A stretch of DNA of 64,000 nt from contig OZ360220.1 in NCBI GenBank assembly GCA_977017645.1, positions 30,504,001-30,568,000 on the forward strand. Direction: 5' to 3'. This stretch comes from Torpedo marmorata. Its lineage: Eukaryota. Shown piece after piece: positions 37,062-48,856 of the stretch. Position numbers and translations under genes: made by a program. Position 1 is the first letter of the stretch; each line of letters starts with the position of its first letter. The notes beneath the pieces were generated by a model. The model was not told the origin of the DNA. It made no database searches and saw only the letters and a list, made by a program, of their open reading frames with translations.

Positions 37062-38045
37062 GAACATAGAAATCTGCAGCACAGTACAGGCCCTTCATCC
37101 CACAGTGTTGTGCCAACCTAATAACTACTCTTACAATGCCTAGAATTTCCCTACTGCATCACCCTCCATTTTCCTCAGTTCATGTACCTATCTAAGTTTC
37201 TTAAAAGATCCTGCCACCATCACTGTTACTGGTAGCACATTCCATGCACCCACCATTTTCTGTGTGGAAAAACCTACCTCTTACATTCCCCCTGTACTTT
37301 CAAACACCTTAAAACTATGCCACCTCGTGTTAGTCATTTCGGACCTGTGGATAAACCTCTGGCCATCCACACGATCAATACCTCTCGACATCTTGTACTC
37401 CTCTATCAGGTCACCCCTCATCCTCTCTTGTTCCAAGGAGAAAAGACCAAGTTCATTCAACCTATCCTCATAAGGCATGTTCTCCAATCCAGGCAGCATC
37501 CTTGTTGATCTACTCTGTACCTTCTCAAGAGCATCCACATCCTTTCTGCAGTGAGGTGACCAGAACTGAACACAATATTCCAGCTGGGGTTTAACTAAGG
37601 TCTTGTGTAACTGCAACATTACCTCACGGCTGTTGAACTCAATCCCATGGTTAATGAAGGCCAACAGACCATACGCCTTCTTTACAGCACTATCAACCTG
37701 TACAGCAACTTTGAGTGTCCTATGGACACAGACCCCAATATCTTTTAGTTCATCCACACTGCTCAGAGTCTTCCCATTAACATTGTATTCTGCCTTAAAT
37801 TTGACCTACTGAAATGAACTACTTCACACTTCTCTGGGTTAAACGCCATCTGCCACTTCTCAGCCCAGCTCTGCATCCTATCAATGTCCCTCTGTAAGCT
37901 CTGGCAACCCTCCAGTCTATCCACAACACCAACCTTCGTGTCACCTGCAGACTTACTAACCCACCCTTCCACTTACTCATCCAGGTAATTTTTTTAAAAA
38001 TTACAAGAGAAGGGGTATCAGAACAGATCCCTGCAGAACACCAGG
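37062..38045 (-). mobile_element. CR1 3' fragment
   Basis: ORF 37281-37757 contains LEYCVQFWSPH and RMRGDLIE. Confidence 0.88.
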
Positions 38046-38935
38046 GATGTTCTGCTGTCTTGCCTTGTGATAAATGCTGCATATCTTCAGATAAAAACCC
38101 CGAAATGTTGTCTTGTAATTGTCCCTTCCTGTGATTTGTTAGCACAGTCTTGTGCTTGTGTTGAGTTGTGGAGCACAGAAACTGGTCCAAGTCAACCATT
38201 ATACCCATCTCTACTGTTCACATTTACCAGTACTTGGTCCATAGCTTTCAGTGCTTTGGTTAATCCAGTGCTTGTCTTGCGACTTCATTGTTGAGTACCT
38301 GCTGCTGTTGTCCATTGTTCCTCTGTGTTCAATTTCCAATCACCCTCTAAGTGAAAAATTCTCCTCAGATCCCCTTTAAAACTTTTGTTTCTTACCCCAA
38401 AGCTACGCCATCAAGTTTTGGGCACCTCTGATATGGGGAATAGTTTCTTGTCAATACTATTTCCCTCTTAATTTTGTGTACTTCTTCCAGGTCCTCTCTT
38501 AGACTCGTCACTAGGGAAAGCAAACCCAACCCATCTGAGTCCCTCCTCATAACTGATGTATCTCAGACAACACTCTGGTGAATCTCCGTGGCCAGCGCAT
38601 CGTGTCCTTCCTATGGTGTGACCATCAGAACGGCATGCAGTGGTCTGACTGTGGCTCAGCCAATGCTATGGAATGTTGCGCCATAACTTCCCTCCTTTTA
38701 TATTCCACATCCAGGCTATCCAAATGCCTCCTTCACCTTGTCTGTCTATGACGCCACTTTCCAGGATAATTGTACACCAAGGTCGCCTGTTTCTCAGTAC
38801 TTCCTAGGGTAACACCATTCAGTGTCTTTCTCCTACCCTTGTTTGTCCTCCTGCTTATCAATATTAATTCCATCTGCCATTATTTGCCCATTTTACCAAT
38901 TGATCAGTATTATCAAATCATGTTATCATTTAGAC

Positions 38936-39310
38936 CAGTGGTTTTCAAACTGCCCCCCTAAACTCACATTCCACTTTAAGTAATCCCTATGCCATAAGTG
39001 CTCTGTGATTGGAAAGGGATTGCTTAAGGTGGTATGTGAGTGGGAAGGGAAGGTTGAGAACCACTGCTCTGGACCCAATTGTTACTGAAATATTTTGCTT
39101 GAGAAAAATTGTCATTGGCCCATTTCCTTTGGAGTTATGAAACCGTGCACATAACGAGTCAATTAGGTACGATTAAAACAGTGGTTCTCAGTCTTTTTCT
39201 TCCCACTCACATACCACCTTAAGCAATCCCTTACTAATCACAGAGCACTTATGGCATAGGGATTGCTTAAGGTGGAATGTGAGTTTCGGGGGGCAGTTTG
39301 AAAACCCCTG
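38936..39310. mobile_element. hAT (Buster/Charlie-type) MITE built from two inverted ~130-bp mini-units
   Basis: TIRs cagtggttttcaaactg/cagtttgaaaacccctg. 8-bp TSD atttagac/gtttagac with central TA. Internal ends gagaaccactg (~39066) and cagtggttctc (~39179). Confidence 0.85.
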
Positions 39311-40604
39311 GTTTAGACCATCCTCATTATCACCACCATCAATTTTCATGTCATCTGCGAAGTCACCGACCATGCCTGCTATGTTCGTGTCCAAATTGTT
39401 AGAGGGCCCAGCATTAGCCTCTGTGGTATACCACTGGTCAGGCTTCCAATTGCAAAACAATCCTGTTTCTACCCTTGCTAGCACTTGGCACAGGAAATAA
39501 TCCAGACGTAGAACCTTTAAGGTTATATGACTGGATTATTTTGTTCACTCATTTAGTGTTGCAAGGCCTCATTCCTCGTGTCTCCTTGTTGTTAGTGCAA
39601 AGTGAACACATCCTCTAGTTGTTTACCCTCCTTTTGCAACCGTGTTGTTACATCCTTTACCCTGACTCCGGGGAGGCAACTCTGTGTTTGCATCCAGAAG
39701 CACTTATGCATTCCCATTCCTATTTAGCCTCCTGGGGCTGAGTGGAGAGCCTGTGAGATTACATCTGCTGTGGAGCGATTGTGGCAGTAGGTGAATTGCA
39801 GTGGGTCCAGATCTTTACTTGGGTACGAGTTTATTCTGGCCATGACCAACCTCTCAAAGCATTTCATCGCAGTAGACTGGAGTGCTACTGGGAGTTACAT
39901 GGGTAGGAAAGGCTTAGAGGGATATAAGGCCAAACACAGGCAAATGGCAGTTGCTCAGGAAGGCAACTTGGTCAGCATGGATGTGTGGGGCTCGATGACG
40001 ATGAATGATTTAGCAGATTGAGACATCTTCACTGGAATGATGAACAATGAGAGGTAATGTTGAAAGATCCAGAAAGTAGAAACTGAGAGGATGCTCCCCA
40101 CATGAGGGAATCCACAACCAGAGAGTAGTTTTAGAATGCAGTGTCACCCTTAAAATGAAGATGAGTTTTGTTCTACAAGAGGATTATCTCCAGTTAATCT
40201 TTGGAATTCTCTCATGCGAGATTTATGGATACTAAGTCTTTGAATGCATTGAAGGTTGAGACAGGTAGACATGGGTGAGCCGAGGAACAGGTAAAAAAAT
40301 GGAGTTGAGGCCCAGATCAGATCAGCTGTGATCTTATTGAATAGCAAAGTACTCCAGACCTTCTACTATTTGTGTGAAAATATATTTTCTAATTCCTTGC
40401 TGAAAGTCTCTTTAATTTTAGTTGTTTAAATGATTGAATTTGTATTTCATTAAATTATCAGAAATTTTGTTAATTTTTTTAATTTCCTCTTGTCTGAGCA
40501 ATGAAAGCATAGACTCAGAACTGCAGATACTTCTCCTTTGTCTTACTTTGGTCTTTTTAAATTTTTTAAATAATTTTAAAAAAAAATAAAAAATAAAAAT
40601 TTTT

Positions 40605-40835
40605 TTTAGACATACAGGCCCTTTCGGCCCACGAACCCACGCCACCTAATTACACCCAATTGACCTGCAACCCCGTACATTTTGAACGATGGGAGGAAAC
40701 CGGAGCACCCCGTGGAAGCCCCACGCAGACACGGGGAGAACGTACAAACTCCTTACACAGCGCGGGATTCGAACCCCGGTCCAGATCGCTGGCGCCGTAA
40801 CAGCGTTGTGCTAACCGCTACACTAATCGTGCCTT
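40605..40835 (-). mobile_element. V-SINE
   Basis: Reverse complement of the SINE at 25621. Confidence 0.88.
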
Positions 40836-41045
40836 TGTATGGATCAACCTATTTTATCAAATCTTACAGGTTATGTTTTATATTGGCTTATCAAAATAAT
40901 CAGTAGTGCATTACCTTGTTTATGCTGCTTACTGATCTTTCTGCTACTTTTAATGCTCCTGCTATGTTTAAAAAAAAAACAGGAGGTGATGCAAGTAAAA
41001 AGAGGAGAAAAAAGGATGCAAATTACAAGAAAAGAATTAGGAATG

Positions 41046-43186
41046 CAAATATCGCAAAAATTTTTGTTATCAAGATCAACACGACAGGGATGTCCTTTGT
41101 CACCTGCTTTGTTTGTTTTGGTAATAGAACCTTTAGCAGAAATGATTAGAGAAGATATAAATATAATGGGAATAAAAGTGGGTAGGGAAGAACATAAGAT
41201 TAGTCTATTTGCAGATGATGTATTAATATATATGACGAAATCTGTTACATCACTTCAGCAATTGGCCACTATATTGATAGAATATGGTGAGATATCAGGT
41301 TATAAAATTAATTCAGATAAAAGTGAGATTTTAGCTTTATCTCAAGGGGATTACACTAGATGTAAAGAAGTTACGGACTTTAAATGGACCACAGAAAGTA
41401 TTAAATATTTGGGAGTTAAAATTGACACAAAATTAGAGAATTTGTATAAATTAAATTATATTCCTTTATTTACGAAAATAAAAAAAGACTTAGAGCTTTG
41501 GAAAGATTTACCTATAACTTTGATGGGAAGAGTAAATTGTATTAAAATGAATGTTTTTCCAAGAATTCAATATCTTTTTCAATCGATTCCTTATGGTATT
41601 CCAAATAAATTTTTTAAAGATTTAAAATTTATTATTAGGAAATTTTTATGGAAAGGGAAGTTGGCAAGAGTAAGTATAGATAAATTAACATGGAATTATG
41701 AGATGGGAGGGTTACAACTTCCCAATTTTCAGTATTATTATAAAGTGGCTCAATTAAAATTTATTAATGAATTCTTTGATTTAAATAAATCTTCTGCTTG
41801 GATTAATATAGAATTGAATAATATGGGAGAAATACATAAAGAAGATATTATTTATAAATGGAATTCTAAATTATTATTACTTAAAAAGAAAAATACACCA
41901 ATTATTAAACATCTGTTGGAAATTTGGTCACAAGTAGACAAAGAGATAGGTCAAAAAGGATTAATTTCTTTAAATACACCAATATATCAGAATCCGCTTT
42001 TACCATTTTCTATGGATAATCAGTTACTTAAGCTATGGTTTTTAAAGGGAATTAAGACTTTAAAAGATTGTTTTGAAGCAGGTAGATTTATTACTTTTCA
42101 GAGGTTAAAAGAAAAATTTAATATATTAGATAATACAATGTTAGTTTATTTTCAAGTTAAAGCTTTTTTGATTGAGAGATTAGGGAATGAATTAACAGTA
42201 CCAAGACAAAATGAATTGGAATTATTAATTACTAAAGTCAATGTTAATAAATTTATATCACAAATGTATAAGTTGTTTCAAAGAAAGATGTCTAAAGTAG
42301 GAGTGCATAAGTCTAGATTGAAATGGGAATTAGATTTGAATGTTAATATAGATGAAAATCATTGGAAAGATTTATGTAAATTAAGTATGACAAAAGTCAT
42401 TAACGTGAGATATTGATTAGGACAATATAATTTTTTTCATCAATTGTATTTGACACCTAAAAAATTGAAGAAATTTAATCCAGCGTTATCAGATATGTGT
42501 TTTAGATGTAAAACTGAAATAGGATCTTTTGTACACTGTACATGGTCATGTCCAAAAATTCAAGATTTTTGGTTGAAAGTTAAGAATTTTTTAGAAAGAA
42601 TTTTTAATGTTGAAATTGCAATGGATCCACTGTTATTTTTATTTGGAGACATTAAAAAATTTAGTATTAGACATAGATTAAATATGTATCAACTAGAATT
42701 TTTACGTATAGTATTAGCAGTTTCAAAAAAATGTATAGCTATTACTTGGAAATCGGATGTTGATTTAAATTTAGAGCGATGGCATGCAGAGTTACGATCA
42801 TGTATACCACTAGAAAAAATTACTTATAATTTACGAAATAAATATCATTTCTTTTTGAAAATTTGGGGCCCATATATGAGGATTATGGGTTTAACATTGT
42901 AAATTCTCTGGATGTCAGATCCGCTGGCGAAACAACCTCTAAGATATATTAATTTTTAAGTTTATCAACTCCTCATTCTATTTTTCTATCTTTTCTTTCT
43001 TTTTTCTTTTATTACTTTATTTTATTTTAAGTTTAGATTAAGGGGATATAGGGGTTAGGGAGGGGAGGGTGGGAAGGGGGGGGAGAAAATGTAATCACAT
43101 GTATTTTTTAATTATATGCAAAACTATTTTATGTAATGTGTGATTTAAAAATTTAAATAAAATATTTAAAAAAAAAAAAAAAAAAA
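41046..43186 (+). mobile_element. 5'-truncated young L1 copy
   Basis: ORF2 RT/C-term nearly intact (one stop at 42414-42416). Pure poly-A. TSD aaaagaattaggaatg at 41030-41045 and 43187-43202. Confidence 0.93.
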
Positions 43187-43422
43187 AAAAGAATTAGGAA
43201 TGATACCAAGGGAGAGATGGAGGCTGGGGGGAGTGATGAAAGTCGTGGAATGATTAGCAAGTATACAGTGATGTGGGTTAGAAACAACTTTACAATTGGC
43301 GTGCCTCCTTCCTGAAGCTAACTGCCGAACTTGTAATGAAGAACTCTACTCCTCCAGTGAACCAGAGAGGTAATTAAATCCTGCAGAAAGTCAAGGTACA
43401 TCACCAGAGATGGAACAGATGG

Positions 43423-43456
<34 letters not shown>

Positions 43457-44537
43457 GGAGAGAGAGAGAGTTGGATTAAAGCGTTTTAACATCTTCATAT
43501 CAGTTCGTACCTGCAGGTAATTGCACCAGGTTGCTCGGTGTAATTGCTTTTACTTTTTTGCAATGTTTTGCTCTAGTATTGCCATTGATGATTAGGGTTA
43601 GCGTGAGTATTACTTCTGTGATTGATATGGGATAAGTTGTAATACAACAGGGTCACAGTCCAAAAAAAAAAGTAACAAATAGAGGGCTAAAGGTTTTGCA
43701 TTTATATGCACGCAGCATAAGAAATAAAGTGGATGACCTTGTAGTACAGCTACAGATTGGCAGGTATGATGTTGTGGCCATCATGGAGTTGTGGCTAAAG
43801 GATGGATGTCATTGAGAGCTGAATGTTCAAGAATACACTATCGAAAAGATAGACAAGCAGAGGGAATGACGTGGCTCTGTTGGTAAGGGATAATATTAAA
43901 TCATTAGAAAGAGGTGACATATGATCAGAGGGTATGGAATCATTGTGGGTTGAGTTAAGAAATGGCAAGGATAAAAAGGACACTGTTGGCAGTAACATAC
44001 AGACCTCCAAACTGTAGCCAGGATGTGGGCAACAAATTACAGCAGCAAATAGAAAAGGCGTGTCAGAAGGGCAATGTTATGGTAGTTATTGGGAAAACCA
44101 GGTTGGGACTGGATCGCAAAGAGAATTTGTAGAATGCCTACGAGATGGCTTTTCAGAGCAGCTTGTTGATGAGCCAACAAGTGGATTGGATGTTGTGTAA
44201 TGCACCAGAGGTGATTAGATAGTTCCGTGTAAATGAATCATTAGGTGGCAGTGATCACAATGTGATTGAGTTCAATTTGAGATTCAACCAGGAGAAATTA
44301 AAGTCAGCAGTGTCGGTATTTCAATGGAACAAAGGGAATTACAGTGGCATGAGAGAGGAACTAGCCATAGTAGATTGGAAGGAGGCACTAATAGGGAAGA
44401 CATAATAGAGTAGAATAGAGTTTCTGCAAGAAATGAGGAAAGTGCAGAATAAATACGTACCAAAAAAGGAAATATTTGGAAAGAAGAATGTCACAACTGT
44501 GGCTGAGAAGGGAGGTCAAAGCCAATGTGAAAGCAAG

Positions 44538-45620
44538 AGGGCGGCACGGTTGGCGTAGTGGTTAGCACAATGCTGCTACAGCGCCAGCGATCGGGACCGG
44601 GGTTTGAATCCCGTGCTGTCTGTATTGTTATGGACCATGACTGACCATTTGGACTGCAGACGGTCAGCAGGAAGGATGAAGTCTTTTGGAGTACACACTG
44701 GGACCTGATACTGAAAGAGTTAACTTGCCCAGGACTTGTACTCACAGAGAGAGAGAGAGACTGTGGAGAGATACTTTATTGCACTTTTGCAAAAGCAGGT
44801 GCAAACCTCTGCAAAAAGCATTCAGTTTGGAGTTGCAAAGGCTAGAGAACACAGCAAAATCCAGGCTTGTGCATCCCAGGGAAAAAGGCTGGGAGAATAG
44901 CACATAGCCTCCTGTCTCAGCAAAATCCTGAGTTAAAGCAACTTTTGTGGAGAACAGGTGTGAGATCAGCGAGACCAGCTGTGAGATCAATCAGTGGTAT
45001 ACTGATTTGGAGTCGCAATCCTCGTGAATCTCTTCCAAAAGGGAAAGTCATCAGAGAAGAAAAGCAAGCCAAGTATTCGTAAGCATAAACAGTCATTGTC
45101 TCTCTCCAACGTTCATTAAGAAGTCCTTCTTGCCAGCACACAGAGCTGAATTTGGATCCTGAACATAGAGAGTGAATTTTTGTGGACTATTTTTTTTTTT
45201 GACTGACTTGTTTTTATGACTGACCTGGGGTTTTTGGGGAAAGTTTTTTCCATTTTTACATGAGGGTTGGGCACAGACTGTAATGGTCTGGGCTTTACAC
45301 ACACACACACACACACATTTTAGATAAGAATAGTGTTTATAGTGGGGTTAATTGTTGTTAAATTATATGTTTAATTGTCTTTAATAAATATAAATTTCAA
45401 TTTTACCCCTTTTGCATTGCGTCTTCTGTCGTTGCTGGTTTGATTTTGTAACAGTATGGAGTTGGTATGTTCTCCCCGTGTCTACGTGGGTTTCCCAGGG
45501 GACTCCGGTTTCCTCCCACCGTTTGAAACGTTCCGGGCGTTGTAGGTTAATTGGGTGTAATTGGGCGGCATGGGCTCGTGGGTCAAAATGGCCTGTTACC
45601 ATACTGTATGTCTAAATTTA
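44538..45620 (+). mobile_element. V-SINE split by a solo LTR
   Basis: tRNA head at 44538-44625; V-domain resumes at 45454. Confidence 0.85.
44626..45453 (+). mobile_element. Solo LTR, copy 1
   Basis: tgtta...taaca termini; 4-bp TSD GTAT (44622-44625, 45454-45457); AATAAA near the end; homologous to 58021-58922. Confidence 0.85.
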
Positions 45621-48435
45621 AAAAATTATACAAGGAAGCAAAAACTTGTGGGAAGATAGAGGATTGAAAAGTTTTTTTAAAACTTGCAGAAGGTAACAAA
45701 AGAACTCATAAGGAGGGAAAAGATGAAGTATGAAAGTAGGCTAGCAAATAATATCAGAGGATACAAAAAGCTTCAAGTATATAAAGAGTAAAAGAGGTGA
45801 GAGTAGATATCAGACCACTAGAAAATGTCGCTGGAGAAATAATGGGAGACAAGGAGATGGCAGAGGAACTAAATGAGTATTTTACATCAGTCTTCACTGT
45901 GGAAGACAGTGTGCCAAATGTTGAAGGGTGTCGAAAGTGAGTGCAGTTATAATTTCAAGGGAGAAGGTGCTCAGAAAGGTGAATGGTCTAAGGGTGGATA
46001 AGTCTCCCGGACCAGATGGATTGCACCATCGGGTTCTGAAAGAGGTAGTGGTAGAGATTGTGGAGGCATTGGTAATGATCTTTCAGCAATCAATAGATTC
46101 TGGTATGGTCCCGGAGGACTGGAAAAGCACAAATGTCACCCCAGTATTCAGGAACAGAGGGAGGCAGCAGAAAGGAAATTATAGACTGGTTCGCCTGATG
46201 TCAGTGGTTGGGAAGGTGTTGGAGTGGAGTGTCAAGGATGAGGTTACGGAGAACTTGAAGGCACATGAAAAGATAGGCCAAAGCCAGCATGGTTTCCTTG
46301 AGAGAAAATCTTCCTTGACAGAATTATTGGAATTCTTTGAAGTGACAAGCAGGCAAGAAAAAGGAGGTGCAGTGGATGTTATGTATTTGGATTTTAAGGC
46401 CTTTGACAAGGTGCTGCACATGAGACTACTTAAGATAAGAGCCCATGGTATAACAGGAAACCTACTATGTGGGTAGACCATTGGCTGATTGGCAGGAAGC
46501 ATAGTTGGAATAAAAGGATCATATTCTGGTTGGCTGCTAGTTGTTAGTGGTGTTCCATAGGGATCGGTGTTGGGGCTGCTTCTTTAATGTTGTATATTAA
46601 TGTAGATTATGGAATGAATGGCTTTGTGACCAGGTTTTCAGATGATACGAAGATAGATGGAGGAGAAGTTTGTGTTGAGGAAACAGTTAAGCTACAGAAA
46701 AACTTGGATTAGAAGAATGGGCAGAGAAGTGGCAAATGAAATGCAATGTTGGAAAGTGTAAGGTCCTGAACTTTGGTAGAAAAAATAAATGGGCAGACAA
46801 TTTTCTAAACGGGGAGAAAATTGAAAATTCCCAGATGCAAAGGGACCTGGGAGTCCTTGTGCTGAATAGTCTGAAGGTAAACTTGCATATTGAGCAATGC
46901 TTGCATTCATTTTGAGGAATAGACTATAAGAGCGGGGATGTGATGTTGAGGCATTATAAGGCACTGCCACTTTTGAGCTCCTTGTTTTAGAAGGGATGTG
47001 CTGATGTTGGAGAGAGTTCAGAGAGAGTTCAGAGGAGGTTCGTGAAGTTGATTCCAGAAATGAAAGGGTTATTACATGAGTGTTTGACAGCTCTTGGCCT
47101 GTATTCCTTGGAATTGGGAGAATGAGTGAGGATCTCATTGAAACATTTCGAATGTTGAAAGGCATGGACAGAGTAGATGTAGAAAGGTTGTTTCCCACGG
47201 TGGGAGAGTCAAGGACAAGAGGGAACAACTTCAGGATTGAAGGGTGTTTGCTTAGAACAGAGATGCGAAGGAATTTCTTCAGCCAGAGGGTGGTAAATCT
47301 GTGGAATTTGTTGCCACAGGCGGTTGTGGAGACCAGGTCATTGGGTGTATTCAAGGCAGAGATTGATAGGTTCTTGATCAGCCAGGGCATCAAAGGTTAT
47401 GGGGAGAAGCCGAGCAGTGGGGCTGAGTGGGTAATGGATCAAGCTCATGTTTAAATGGCAGGGCAGAATCGATGGGCTGAATAGCCTATTTCTGCTCCTA
47501 TGTCTTATGGAATCAAAAGCTGGATAAAATTGGAAATTTAAAAATTGATAGGGTTGCTGATGTGGATGCCATGTACCTGAAAAGAGACAACATGGCTCTG
47601 CATGTTTCTTGCCCTTATCTTCAAAAGTTAATGTAATGGTCAAAGGTCAAATTTATTGTCAGAATGCATGCATGACATCACATACAACCCTGAGATTCTT
47701 TTTTTCTTGCGGCCAGGCAGAATTTCTACTTAACAGGAACTATAAAACTGTACTCAAGGAAAAGATACATACAAAAGAGTGAAATGTAAACAAAGAAAGA
47801 AGTGTAAACTGTGCAATACAGAAAAAAATAAATATTCACTCTTAAATAATGAGCAAAGTAAGATTTTCTAAATGATTCTGAGTCTGTTGAGTCTGTGGTG
47901 GAGTGGTATCAACTGCTCCTAAACCTGGTGGTACAAGACTTGTAGCACCTGTACCACTTTCCTGATGGCAGCAGCAAGAACAGAGCGTGTGCTGGGTCCT
48001 GTGGATCATTGATGATTGCTGCTGCTCTCCAACAGCAGCATTCTATGCAGATTTTCTCAAATGTGGGGAGGGTTTTGCCTGTGATGTACTGGTCTGTGTC
48101 TGCTAACTTTTGCAGGGCTTTACGCTCAGGGGTTTTGGTGCCCCCATACCAGGCCGTGATGCAGCCGGTCAGCACACTTTCCACGACACATCTGTAGAAG
48201 TTTAAAGCTTGCCAAGGTTTCCGATATAATACCGAACCTCCGCAAACTCTTGAAGTTGAGGCACTGACGTACTTTCTCCACAATGACATTATTGTGATAA
48301 GTCGAGGTCAGGTCCTCAGAGATGGTGACCCCCAGGAATTTAAATTTGCTCGCTCTCTCCACCTCTGATTCCCCCAATGATCACTGGATCCTACACCTCT
48401 GGTTTTCCTTTCCTCAAGTTTACAATCAGCTCCTT

Positions 48436-48685
48436 GGGCCGCACAGTTGGCGTAGCAGTTAGCGCAATGTCTTTCCAGCGGCAGCGATCGGGACCAGGGT
48501 TCGAATCCCGCGCTGTCTGTATTAAGTTTGTACGTTCTCCCCGTGTCTGCGTGGGTTTTCCCCAGGGGCTCCGTTTTCCTCCCACCGTTCGAAACGTACC
48601 TGGGGTGTAGGTTAATTGGGTGTAAATTGGGCTGCACGGACTTGTGGGCCGAAATGGCCTGTTACCGTGGTGTATGTATGTCTGT
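48436..48685 (+). mobile_element. V-SINE
   Basis: tRNA head, B-box gttcgaatcc and V-domain. Confidence 0.88.
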
Positions 48686-48856
48686 CTTGGTTTTAGTATC
48701 ATTGAGTCAGAGGTTGTTGTTAGTACACCATTCAGCCAAGTTTTCAATGTCTGCTGACTCATCGACCCTTTTTATACAACCCACTGCTGTGGTATCGTCA
48801 GCAAATTTATAAATGGTGGTGTTGTAGTACCGAGCCCCATAGTTATAGATGTAAAG

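Larger units (their letters stand above)
43600..47510 (+). mobile_element. Decayed CR1 ORF2 (endonuclease to 3' tail), interrupted by a SINE and a solo LTR
   Basis: KVLHLYARSIRNKVDDL at ~43690; ORF 45928-46476 DKSPGPDG...NYRLV; ORF 47080-47454 NFFSQRVVNLWN. Confidence 0.88.
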
